From the NCBI GenBank assembly GCA_965198945.1, contig CBDAQI010000012.1, positions 83,964-147,963 of the forward strand: a DNA stretch of 64,000 nucleotides. Reading direction: 5' to 3'. Under the pieces are notes generated by a model, which did not search any database, was not told where the DNA came from, and saw only the letters and a program-made list of their open reading frames with translations. This DNA comes from Thermodesulfobacteriota bacterium (lineage in GTDB: Bacteria; Desulfobacterota_D; UBA1144; Nemesobacterales; Mycalebacteriaceae). Positions 9,618 through 19,039 of this stretch are shown here, one piece after another (position 1 is the first letter of the stretch; every line of letters starts with the position of its first letter). Both the position numbers and the translations under genes were made by a program.

Positions 9618-10742
9618 TTATAGACCAACCTTCTCAAAAATTCTCTGGGATCTTTCCGCCATTTTTTCAATGTTGAAATTTTCCGCGTGTTTTTTTGCGG
9701 CCCCGCCCATTTTTTTTGCCGTCACTTTATCCTCAATAAGTCTCAATATCGCCCCTGCCATTGCCTTTGGAGAATTCACCGGAACTAAAAGACCGCTTGC
9801 GCCGTCTTGAATAATTTCATCCGCTCCGAATGGGTGGTTTGTTGACACAATCGGCATTCCAAGCACGGCGGCTTCAATCAGCGAGTTTGAAAACCCCTCC
9901 TGTTCGGACGGGCAGACGAACACATCGCACTTCGCGGTAAATCTGTGCGGATTTTTTTCCCGTGACAGAAAATCTATTTTGTCAGAGATTCCGATTTCCC
10001 GCGCATGAGCCATGAGCTCTTTTTTGGATTTCCCGTCTCCCAGAACCAGAAGACGCACGGATTTTTTCTCGTTCACTATTTTCAGCGCTTCAATCAAATC
10101 TCCAACCCCTTTGTGAGGCGCAAGGCGGCAGACTGATATTATCAGCGGCGTTTCCGCTCCAAACCATTTGTGCTCGGCATTTTCACTTGATTTGCTCTCT
10201 ATTCCTTTTGTGTCTATGCAGTTATAAGCGATTTCGGGAGTCTTTTTCAGTTTATACATATCCCGAATTTCATCGGCGAGACCTTTTGAATTCGCGGTTA
10301 TCAAATCCGCATGGCTTACGGCAAGACGGTGCGCAAGAAACAGAAGCGGATTTGTTTTTTTCAAAAACATTGCTCCGTTTCCCTCACTCCAGACAGTTCT
10401 TATTCCAAAAAATTTCCCGATTATAACATTCGGGATTTTCGTCCAATGCCTTGAGTAGAGAATGTCCGGTTTTTCTTTTGACACCGAACGTGCAAGGGCG
10501 AAAATTCCCCAGATAACCGACAGGAAACGGAACTTTTTAATAAACGAAGGGTGGCATGGGCTTGCAACTTTGACTGCAGAGTGGATTTCATTGTCAATTT
10601 CTCCGCGTTCAAGCGTGAAAATTAAGCACTTTACACCTCTTCTGGAAAGACCGTTTGCGATTGCAACCGTCTGTTTTTGGGCGCCGCCGAGGCTGAGGTT
10701 GGGCAGGGAAAGAAAAACTGAAAAATTTTTTCTGTCACTCAT
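9618..10742 (-). CDS. Glycosyltransferase family 4
   Basis: Motifs GGAQKQ, RLAPHKG and EGFSNSLIEA. Confidence 0.9.
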   Translation of the reverse strand: MSDRKNFSVFLSLPNLSLGGAQKQTVAIANGLSRRGVKCLIFTLERGEIDNEIHSAVKVASPCHPSFIKKFRFLSVIWGIFALARSVSKEKPDILYSRHWTKIPNVIIGKFFGIRTVWSEGNGAMFLKKTNPLLFLAHRLAVSHADLITANSKGLADEIRDMYKLKKTPEIAYNCIDTKGIESKSSENAEHKWFGAETPLIISVCRLAPHKGVGDLIEALKIVNEKKSVRLLVLGDGKSKKELMAHAREIGISDKIDFLSREKNPHRFTAKCDVFVCPSEQEGFSNSLIEAAVLGMPIVSTNHPFGADEIIQDGASGLLVPVNSPKAMAGAILRLIEDKVTAKKMGGAAKKHAENFNIEKMAERSQRIFEKVGL

Positions 10743-10814
10743 AACTCTTACGGGTCAGAATACTTTTGCGGAAGCGTATTCTTATCAGTCTCAACGGGCA
10801 AGCGCTTTGTCCGC

Positions 10815-12023
10815 TCACTCATGTCTCAACGCTTCCACAGGATTCATTATTGACGCTTTTCTTGCGGGATAAATTCCGAAGAAAACACCCACAAGGGCGG
10901 AAAAACCGCAAGCGACCAAAACCGCTGAAAACGATATTTCAGCGGGCCAGCCCGTGAACAGAGAGGCGGTTTTTGAGATTGCGGCTCCAAGTATTATTCC
11001 CGCAATTCCCCCGACGAGTGAAAGCGTGAGAGATTCAACGAGAAATTGCCTCATTATGTCTTTCCGCCTTGCTCCGACAGCCATTCTTATTCCTATCTCC
11101 TTTGTCCTTTCGCTGACCGAAACCAGCATTATATTCATAATTCCCACACCTCCCACTATAAGAGATATTGACGCGATACTAATAAGCAGAATTTTCAAAA
11201 TCTGTGTTATTTCGGCTATTCGTTCAAGATTCTGCGAGTTGTTCCTGATGGCAAAATCATCTTTGTCTTCAGTTCCTATTTTATGATTCTTTCTCAAAAC
11301 AATGTTAATCTCCGCAATCGCCTCCATTATCCTGTCCGCGCTTCTGACCGCAAGAGAGATTTTTTCAATGTTTTTTTCCGAAAGCACTCTTTTTTGCAAG
11401 GTTGAATAGGGCATCAGAATTATATCGTCCTGGTCTATTCCGTTCGGTTTTACTCCGAGTTTCTGCATAGTTCCCACAACCTCACAGGTAAGATTGTCTA
11501 TTCTTATTTTTCCACCCATCGCAGATAACGTTCCAAACAGTTTTTTCTCAACGGTTTTACCCACCACACAGACCGGACGCGAATTTTCCGTATCATCGGA
11601 ACTGAAAAAAGTTCCGCTTACGGGGAACCAATCATTGATAAAAGTAAAATCCCGCGAAACTCCGACAATTTTTGTGTCCCACTGGTTTTTACCGTAAACG
11701 ACCGTTTTCTGCGTTCCGATGATTTCAGAAACAAATTCAACACTCGGCAGCCTCCTTATTGAATCCGCGTCCCGAACGGTAAGGGGTTTGCCGCCCGAAA
11801 ACCTGAACGGATTCCCGCTCGGACGCACCGTGCTTATAAGCATTGATTTCCCGCCCAGGCGCTCAAATTGCTCGCCTATCATCCTGCTCGCCCCTTGAGT
11901 TGTGGACACAAGCGACACCACAGCGGCGACTCCGATTATCACTCCGAGAGAGGTGAGCAACGAGCGGGCTTTGTTTGACATAATTGCCCTGTAGGCGATT
12001 GTTAAAGATCTGAAAGGCGGCAT
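10815..12023 (-). CDS. MacB/FtsX family ABC transporter permease
   Basis: Motifs RSLLTSLGVIIG, VGGVGIMNIMLVSVSERTKEIGIRMAVGA and PVEALRHE. Confidence 0.9.
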   Translation of the reverse strand: MPPFRSLTIAYRAIMSNKARSLLTSLGVIIGVAAVVSLVSTTQGASRMIGEQFERLGGKSMLISTVRPSGNPFRFSGGKPLTVRDADSIRRLPSVEFVSEIIGTQKTVVYGKNQWDTKIVGVSRDFTFINDWFPVSGTFFSSDDTENSRPVCVVGKTVEKKLFGTLSAMGGKIRIDNLTCEVVGTMQKLGVKPNGIDQDDIILMPYSTLQKRVLSEKNIEKISLAVRSADRIMEAIAEINIVLRKNHKIGTEDKDDFAIRNNSQNLERIAEITQILKILLISIASISLIVGGVGIMNIMLVSVSERTKEIGIRMAVGARRKDIMRQFLVESLTLSLVGGIAGIILGAAISKTASLFTGWPAEISFSAVLVACGFSALVGVFFGIYPARKASIMNPVEALRHE

Positions 12024-12114
12024 GGCTTTTGCCTGATTATAATACAGAAAAGGGCTTTGCGTCCGCAAATTTAGAGTTCAGGCGGCAAAAAGCCGCACGT
12101 GAGCGGGGCGGCTT

Positions 12115-13707
12115 TCAGTCAAAACTTCTGTAACGCCCCTTTTGAATTATCACTACCGCCAGCAGGCGAAGTGCGAGCCCCAGGGCGCACGCCGTTATAA
12201 GAAGCATTCCAAGCTCCGAATAGTTCGCTGCGGTTTGTATGATTTGAGTCGCTCCGTTTCTGATTTCGCGCGTTACGACAAAGATTTCATTCATATATTT
12301 TGTTCCGAGGCTGCTTGCCGACAGTGAAATGTTTGAAAATGACGCAAAGACTGCAAAAAAGGTCGCTTTGAGGTGTTCCGGGGCGTTTTTTGCTATCCAT
12401 GCAAGCATTGGTATCATCGCCACCTGTCCGAACGGGGATTCAAGAGCCGTGTTTACGATCGCTATGAACTTTGCATCCACGACTCCGTTTGTGTGTGCGG
12501 CGGTCCATTCATGAATTCCGTAAAAAAGCCCGATTCCGGGAAGCGCCATAACCGCATCAAGAATTGATAAAAACAATATGATGCCCACTATGCTGACCCT
12601 GCTCATCAGCGGCAGAGAGACCATCATTCCCACAAGCGTGAAAACGGAAACTATCAGATACAGATAAGACAGAAATTGCTCGTCAAACCCGAGTTCGTCT
12701 ATTTGAAACCATCCCTCTCCCGGTCCCACTCCCGGAACGGCACGAAAAACAAAAATGATCACCGCCGTTCCTATGAGTGTCGCTCGTGATTTGTCCGGCA
12801 GTTCGGCAATCAGTTTTCTCATAAGGAAGATGATGATTGCCATTGAACCCGCAAAAACTATTTCCTGGGAATAGGCTATTCCCGAAAGTCCCGTTCCGAT
12901 TGTGAACGCCACAAAAATCATGCTTCCGCCGAGAATCCACCAGTTGACCGAAATATTGGAATTTTCTCTTTCCCTGCTTATTCTGCCCTTCCTTTTAAGA
13001 AATTCGGCGAAAACAACTCCAATTATGGAGACAAGAGGAATTGCAAGCGCCATAAGATAGATATTGCCGTAAGTGATGACTTTCTGTTCCTCGCTCAGTT
13101 CTGAGACTCCGCTGAAAGCTATGATATTGATTATTGAAACCAGAACGGTGCCTCCGATAATCGCTACTCTGCCGAGAGTCTGCATTGTGGTATGCATGGA
13201 TTTCAGGGTTTTTTCATCAAATTTTTCACCGTTTTCATCTTTTTCGGGAACTGCCTCAACGGTCATCGCGTCTGCAACCACATCCTGAAGCATGTATCCA
13301 ACCGGGCTTATAATTACGCTCAGAATAAACCAGCTTGAACCCGACATGAACTGTTTCATATAAGCGGTGTGCGCTATCAGACCGTAGACAATCAGAAGTC
13401 CCGCCGAAATCAGCGCCGCCCCTAAGAAAATCAGTATGGATTTCCAGCGCCATATCAGGTCAACAATGTGTCCGATTGGCATTTTCAGAGCCCACGGAAG
13501 GCCCGCCCAGAAGCCCAGTCCCGCGAGGAAAGCGGCCGACAGATCAAGGTAGTCTTTGATAAAAAATGTGCCGACAATTCCGGTAATTCCCGATATTCCG
13601 GCCGCCAGATACACCATGAGCGGCGGGATGTAGCTAAGCCGCATCTGTCTGAAAAGATTTATGAGATCGGTTGCGAAGGATATGAAATTGCGGATTAGTC
13701 TATTCAT
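12115..13707 (-). CDS. BT1/folate-biopterin-like MFS membrane protein
   Basis: About 12 hydrophobic segments; LPWALKMPIG, DVVADAMTVE and ATFFAVFASFSN resemble BT1 family motifs. Confidence 0.6.
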   Translation of the reverse strand: MNRLIRNFISFATDLINLFRQMRLSYIPPLMVYLAAGISGITGIVGTFFIKDYLDLSAAFLAGLGFWAGLPWALKMPIGHIVDLIWRWKSILIFLGAALISAGLLIVYGLIAHTAYMKQFMSGSSWFILSVIISPVGYMLQDVVADAMTVEAVPEKDENGEKFDEKTLKSMHTTMQTLGRVAIIGGTVLVSIINIIAFSGVSELSEEQKVITYGNIYLMALAIPLVSIIGVVFAEFLKRKGRISRERENSNISVNWWILGGSMIFVAFTIGTGLSGIAYSQEIVFAGSMAIIIFLMRKLIAELPDKSRATLIGTAVIIFVFRAVPGVGPGEGWFQIDELGFDEQFLSYLYLIVSVFTLVGMMVSLPLMSRVSIVGIILFLSILDAVMALPGIGLFYGIHEWTAAHTNGVVDAKFIAIVNTALESPFGQVAMIPMLAWIAKNAPEHLKATFFAVFASFSNISLSASSLGTKYMNEIFVVTREIRNGATQIIQTAANYSELGMLLITACALGLALRLLAVVIIQKGRYRSFD

Positions 13708-13866
13708 TTTTTAGGAAGGCGGGTTTTGAAGCCAAGAGGGTAATTTATTGGATGTTTTTTGCAAATTGGCTTGGTAGGAGGGAGTGAAAATTTTCCGTAG
13801 TTAAGTTTTTCTTCCTGAAAAGATTTCAGGTTGTGATTTTTTGCCGACAATTACATTATGAATACT

Positions 13867-13989
13867 GGATTCCCGTTTGCAAGGGAATGACGATGGGGAG
13901 TTTTTCCCGCAATTCCCATTTTCCCGTCATTTCCGCAAAAGCATGTCCCCGTGAAAGCTTGTCCTCATGAAAATGGGGACGGCAATTCA
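13867..13989. repeat. REP-like palindrome cluster (CGTC-tagged, dRS3-like)
   Basis: ATTCCC-N8-GGGAAT at 13869-13888, plus a nested hairpin element starting with CGTC at 13925. Related copies occur at 61141 and 62851-62969. Confidence 0.75.
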
Positions 13990-14093
13990 GAAGGCATGGG
14001 GAGCAAAACATAGCAAGCGGGACACCAAGTCATATTTCACTCAGTTCAAACAGAAGTATGAACAGGGGGGTGAGCGGAGCCGAACCCCGAAAC

Positions 14094-14393
14094 GTTGTGA
14101 ATTGAGGGCAGGTTTCAGTCAGTTACAATTCCTTGAGTTGTCCACAATTTTCAACACTAGTTGTGAATTGAGGGCAGGTTTCAGTCAGTTACAATCTGGG
14201 AGCAAAGCGAATGGGGGGCGAAACAGTTGTGAATTGAGGGCAGGTTTCAGTCAGTTACAATTCCTTGAGTTGTCCACAATTTTCAACACTAGTTGTGAAT
14301 TGAGGGCAGGTTTCAGTCAGTTACAATCTGGGAGCAAAGCGAATGGGGGGCGAAACAGTTGTGAATTGAGGGCAGGTTTCAGTCAGTTACAAT
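14094..14393 (+). CRISPR. CRISPR array, 5 repeats and 4 spacers, type II-C
   Basis: Identical 36-nt repeat GTTGTGAATTGAGGGCAGGTTTCAGTCAGTTACAAT at 14094, 14160, 14226, 14292 and 14358, with 30-nt spacers. Spacer 1 = spacer 3 and spacer 2 = spacer 4. Orientation inferred from the tracrRNA. Confidence 0.98.
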
Positions 14394-14443
14394 AGCTATC
14401 CCTCAAATGCAATGGTGGCAAGGGGTTATGGCTCTCCGGCAAA

Positions 14444-14773
14444 TCAAAAAAGAGTGATTTGCTGGGGAGTTGTCTCCGCCTTCTTCCGTTTCTTCCCATA
14501 AAACACCTGCATTCGTCCGAACTGTTTGTCCGTAATAATAATCACCCGCACTTCTCCTTGCGGAGGCAGCCACTCTCTCACTCTTCCCGAATGAACAAAT
14601 GCATTTTCTTCACTTGCGCAATGTCTGGCATATACGGAGAACTGCATCATTATAAATCCGTCCCGCATAATATGCTTTCTAAATCTTGCGTAGTCTTTCC
14701 GTGCCTTCTTCGTGTCTGTTGGAAGGTCAAACATCACTATTACCCACATAGTTCTGTATCCTCCGAAAGCCAT
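14444..14773 (-). CDS. cas2: CRISPR-associated endonuclease Cas2
   Basis: Motifs MWVIVMFDLPT and GFIMMQFSVYAR; lies next to the array. Confidence 0.97.
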   Translation of the reverse strand: MAFGGYRTMWVIVMFDLPTDTKKARKDYARFRKHIMRDGFIMMQFSVYARHCASEENAFVHSGRVREWLPPQGEVRVIIITDKQFGRMQVFYGKKRKKAETTPQQITLF

Positions 14774-14775
14774 TT

Positions 14776-15684
14776 CTAAACCTCAATTCTCATTTGTCTG
14801 TTTTCAATCAGTTCCGGTATTTTCAAACACTCAACCCCTTCTGAAAAAGCTTTCTTAAGGCTCGCCGCCATATGCTGGTTTGCCACCATCATCGGCAGTT
14901 TCTTTCCTTCAAACAGAACATCTTCTGAAAGAAGAGACAGCAATGACATTTTTGTTGTAGTATCAATCTCATTTCTCCCATGCTCGTTCAGTTCATAAAC
15001 ACGTCTGTCAACAAGAGGACGCAACGGTTCAATAAGGTCGTCCGCAAGGCACATCGGGTTATATTGGTTGTGGTGATGAATCCCGAGCGCCGGATGAAGC
15101 CCCGTTCCGCACAAAGCACGGGCGACGGATGCTCTGACGATGCTGTATCCGTAGTTGAGTAGAGAGTTGATTCCTTCTTCTTTGTAATTTCTGGAAAACT
15201 GTTTTCCAAACAGTTTTGACCAGTATACCCTCGCCGCCTGCGCCTCAATATTTCTCGTGTCACCGCTTAAGACTCTTTTTTTGAATCCGGGAAGAGGGGA
15301 GGGGTCTTTTTTGAAAAAAAGCAGTGTCCGAATCTGTGCTTCTGTTTTGGCAATTATGACTTTCTGCCAGAGTCGTTTTTTTAGAGGTTTTTTGACGCCC
15401 GTCTGTAAATTGAGGACTTTGCTGTGGGTTGAATTGCCGGAAAGGGGTAGCAAAACGGAAACCGGAAGATGGCTCCGGTCACAAAAAACTATTATGCAGT
15501 TGTTTTTCTGACATTCGGCTATGAGGCTCTGAGAGATTGAAATTGCGGGATTGGCAAGTATGAGAATTCCCATGTCTTCTACGGGAATACTGCTTTCTTT
15601 TTCACCGTCTTTTTTGATAATCATCTGATAATCTTTCAGATGAAGATATGCAGGGTTGCTGACTTCAGTGATTCGCTTGATCAT
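14776..15684 (-). CDS. cas1: CRISPR-associated endonuclease Cas1 (type II)
   Basis: Motifs EAQAARVYW, NSLLNYGY, LGIHHHN and LADDLIEPLRP. Confidence 0.97.
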   Translation of the reverse strand: MIKRITEVSNPAYLHLKDYQMIIKKDGEKESSIPVEDMGILILANPAISISQSLIAECQKNNCIIVFCDRSHLPVSVLLPLSGNSTHSKVLNLQTGVKKPLKKRLWQKVIIAKTEAQIRTLLFFKKDPSPLPGFKKRVLSGDTRNIEAQAARVYWSKLFGKQFSRNYKEEGINSLLNYGYSIVRASVARALCGTGLHPALGIHHHNQYNPMCLADDLIEPLRPLVDRRVYELNEHGRNEIDTTTKMSLLSLLSEDVLFEGKKLPMMVANQHMAASLKKAFSEGVECLKIPELIENRQMRIEV

Positions 15685-15690
15685 TATGGA

Positions 15691-18600
15691 CTAAATTGTG
15701 TTTGTAAGGCTAAAACCTAAAGAGTTAATGGACTCTTTTTGCAATTTGTATTTAGTCATTAGGATGGAAATTGTCCTGCTTAGTTTTTCTTCATTATTAT
15801 CGAGCGTGGCGGCGGAGTGAAGTCTTAGCCATAGTATTTCTCCTTCTCTTTGGAATTTTTGCACTCTGTAAAATCTTCTTTCTCCTTTTTCTTCTACACT
15901 TACCGTATCATTTATGCACAAGCTCATAATAAATTTCCAGTCTTCTCCATGGTCAGTTTTAACAATCGGTTCTCTTGTAATTCTTACTTTTTTTTGCGGC
16001 TTCCATTGTGGTTACAAAAACACCTTTGGATCTGTTTGTTTTTTTATTCTTGATTATTTCTACATGGTGGCTGTTTCCATAAATCATTACACTTAATATT
16101 TTGTTACTGTTTTTCTTGGGTTTAAGCCAGTAATTTTTTTCACTAAACTCATTAGTTACCCAAACTTTTGCCCGTCTGACAATATCTCCGGTTTTTGGAT
16201 GCTTAAAAGCTTCTTCTTGCAGTTTTTTTTGAGCGCTTTTTAAGCCTCCTCTCATATTTACATATTGTTCAAATCCTTCTCTGATTGCCGGACATACTAT
16301 ATTTCTCAAATTTTTGTCCGTCATACCAGTCAGATTTTTGCTAACGACGATTCTCTTTTTACCATTGTCTTCTTTTATTCCATATGCGGTATCTTCATGG
16401 AATGCTCCCGTCAGTTTTCTATTTGTCGCGTGAGAGACAATCATTTTATTTGTCGCGCTTTCCAACTCATTCCTAAGGTTTTCAAGCACCTGCGGTATTT
16501 CCAATCCCGATTCTGGAGATATGGAATCATCATCCGCTTTTGAAGCGAGATGTACCACCTTTTGATATAGGCTTCTGTTTGTAAGGGCAATGACCGTTGC
16601 GTCAATCGCGTGATGCCTATGGTCGTTACGGTTTTTCTCTCCCGTATCTCCAAGGATGTTGTTCAGTCCCCATTGTCTTCGGAGCCAGCTTGTTATTCCG
16701 CCTTTGGTGAAAGTTACATCACAGCCGAGTGTTCTAATGTAATTTCCCGTTTCTTTTGCGATATAGCGGGCGTCTGATAACTGGCTGTTGATGAAATCTT
16801 CAATTCCATCCAACTTTTTTGTCAGAATTTTTCTGCGTTTTGCTTCGGGATAATTCTTGAGTTTTGCTATGGCTTCAATATTTTCCCATTGCTCTGTATT
16901 ACCAAATGCTTCCCATGGTGTTCTGTTGCCTTTCTTCCTATTTTCCTCCGCAAGACAGACCGTCTTGTTCATATAGTAATTATCAAGACTCCTGCTGTAT
17001 GGGAGTATGTGGTCTATTTCAACATCAGCAGACCAGAGTTGTGTCAGTCCTATAGGTTTCCCACTGTATAAACATTTACCTTCATTTTCTTTCCAGAGTC
17101 TGTATTTCTGTTTGTCCTGATGGCTTATGTATGTTTTCAACTGCAGGCCGGGTTCCTGCTCTTTTATGCTGTTGTATTTTTCTTCCGCTTCTTCATTTTC
17201 TTCTGTGTTTTTCTTTTGTCTTTCCAGTGCTTTTCTGTATTTCTCCGTATTCATTTCCAAATCACGAGACATTTCTATTCGTATCGCGGTTGGTTTTCCA
17301 TATTCTTTGATAATTGCATTTACGACACGGCGAACTTCATATAACGCCTTTGTAACAATGGGGTTTGGTATAAAGGGAATTTCTCCAAGAGTTTCTTTGT
17401 TTCCGGTTTCCGGCGTTGTAATATCTTCGTAACCGGCAATTTGAACCGCTCCTTTTTCTTCTTCTATGTCACTTTCTCGGCTGTAAACCCTGCCTTGCTT
17501 AAGGTGAGGCAGAATTTTGTTTATTGCTTTCAGGGACAGATTTCCGTGTCCCTTTTCCAATTCAAGAACCGCAAGTTTTGTTGCTTTTTCCGAGTCAATA
17601 TCCGGGTAGTTTTGAAGACGTTTTTTCAGTCCCTTTTTGGATTCGTATGAAATCAGATCTTCCACAAGCTGTTTTTGTTTTTTCTCATCAAAGGAGTCCC
17701 ACAAGTCTCCAATTATTTCTCTGATTCCACAGGCGGTTTTGTTTCCCTGAATGCCTTTTCTGCTTTTTCCTTCAACTTTGTACAAATTGAACTTTGTTTT
17801 CTTATTCAGGTTGAGGATTTCTTTTCCTCTGATCTTTGCCCATGTCAGATTTCTGTTTTTTTTCAAGTGCTTCGGCAATCAGTTTTTTCTGATCTGGCGA
17901 GGGTTTTGCATCTTTTTCTCCCGTTTCAGTGTCATCCCAACTTAAATTGTTTATGTCCTGCCAGTAACGGAATTGCTGAAACTCAAGTCGTCCCATATCT
18001 ACTCTTCTCTTTTTTGGTTCAAGAGAGCAGTTTCCTATGGTTTTCTTGTCCCAGGTTACGGGACGTTGGTGAAAGATAATTTTCTCAATTGCGCTTCTTA
18101 CATCTTCAGTGTAAATCTTCGGGTTTAGTTCGGACTGTTTACGGAAGATTTTTTCAAACTCTTCCTGATACATTCTGCGGTCTGTTCTGAGGTCATGAAG
18201 TTCTCCTCTGTTGCGTTTTCGGGGCAGGGTTGCAAGATACTCACCGAGAGTCCTTTTCCCATTTTCGCTTATCTTCTCTCGGAGCTTTTTAATATCTTCT
18301 TTGAATTTGCCTTCATCTTTGTCGGTTTCCGCGGCTTCGTCTTCAATTTCAAGGATTTCCCGCGCTTCCAAATCTTCACGCAAGTTTCCAAATCCCGTTT
18401 TGCGGTTGCTTAAAAATCCCCGTCGTGTTCCCAGATGCATTATTGCGCGTCCAAACTCATGTGGGGTCAAAATATCATCTAATCCTTTCGCTCTTATCTG
18501 ATATGGATCTCCAAGCTTATTAAATTCCGATTCCAGGTTTGGCTCGTCTTTGAGCGTCTCCGGCAGAAATCCCCTGCTTATAAGGTAGTTGCGAAGACGC

Positions 18601-18830
18601 AATTTACGTCTGTGCCGCCGTTCAATGACACGCCTTAAAAGACGTTTTGCTCTGCGGTGTTGGTTTTTCGGAGTGGGTGTTTTGTCTTCAACGGAGCGTA
18701 TGAATATACGGCTTCCACAATCAATAAAATTTTTCGGTTTGCCTTGTTCTTCCTCAATGACGCTCCAGCCGATTGAGTTTGTGCCCATATCAAGACCAAT
18801 TGCATATTCAGATAGTTTTGTCTTTTTCAT
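15691..18830 (-). CDS. cas9: Type II-C Cas9, frameshifted twice as sequenced (ORFs 17802-18830, 15959-17878, 15691-15927); 1045 aa if rejoined
   Basis: RuvC-I GLDMGTNSIGW, Arg-rich bridge helix, RuvC-II IEMSRD, HNH IDHILPYSRSLDN...NKTV...N and RuvC-III RHHAIDA. No csn2 or cas4 in the locus. Confidence 0.95.
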
Positions 18831-18841
18831 TTTCTCATCCC

Positions 18842-18873
18842 TTGACAGAATTTTTTCTGTAGTATAGTAATAT
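18842..18873 (+). promoter_or_regulatory. Putative sigma70 promoter for the tracrRNA
   Basis: TTGACA at 18842-18847 followed by AT-rich -10-like hexamers (TATAGT 18863-18868); spacing is not ideal. Confidence 0.45.
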
Positions 18874-18879
18874 TAGTAT

Positions 18880-18999
18880 ATTATAATTGACTGAAACCTG
18901 TCCAAGCATTTTTTCTATTCATAACAAGAAACTAATGTTTCGCAGGATAACCAGGGTAAACCTAATCGCCTCTCGCCTTAGGGCAGGGGCGATTTTTTT
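18880..18999 (+). ncRNA. tracrRNA
   Basis: ATTATAATTGACTGAAACCTGTCC...ATTCATAAC is complementary to the CRISPR repeat. It is followed by AAG, a GAAAC-taat-GTTTC hairpin and a terminator, and is divergent from cas9. Confidence 0.9.
18964..18999 (+). terminator. Rho-independent terminator of the tracrRNA
   Basis: AATCGCCTCTCGCC-ttag-GGCAGGGGCGATT stem followed by a T run. Confidence 0.8.
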
Positions 19000-19039
19000 A
19001 TCTTCTTTCAAGTATGTAAACTCACTTCCGTAGCAAAAA

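Noticed and set aside
10815..12023. Orphan MacB permease as part of the glycan or CRISPR locus
   Set aside because: No evidence of linkage; its ATPase and adaptor are probably elsewhere in the genome.
13997..14010. TGGGGAGCAAAACA resembling spacer B (self-target)
   Set aside because: Only 9 contiguous bases match, which is too short to be a protospacer.
13967..14395. 142-aa ORF with repeated CELRAGFSQLQ
   Set aside because: It is a translation of the CRISPR array; the 66-bp period keeps the frame open.
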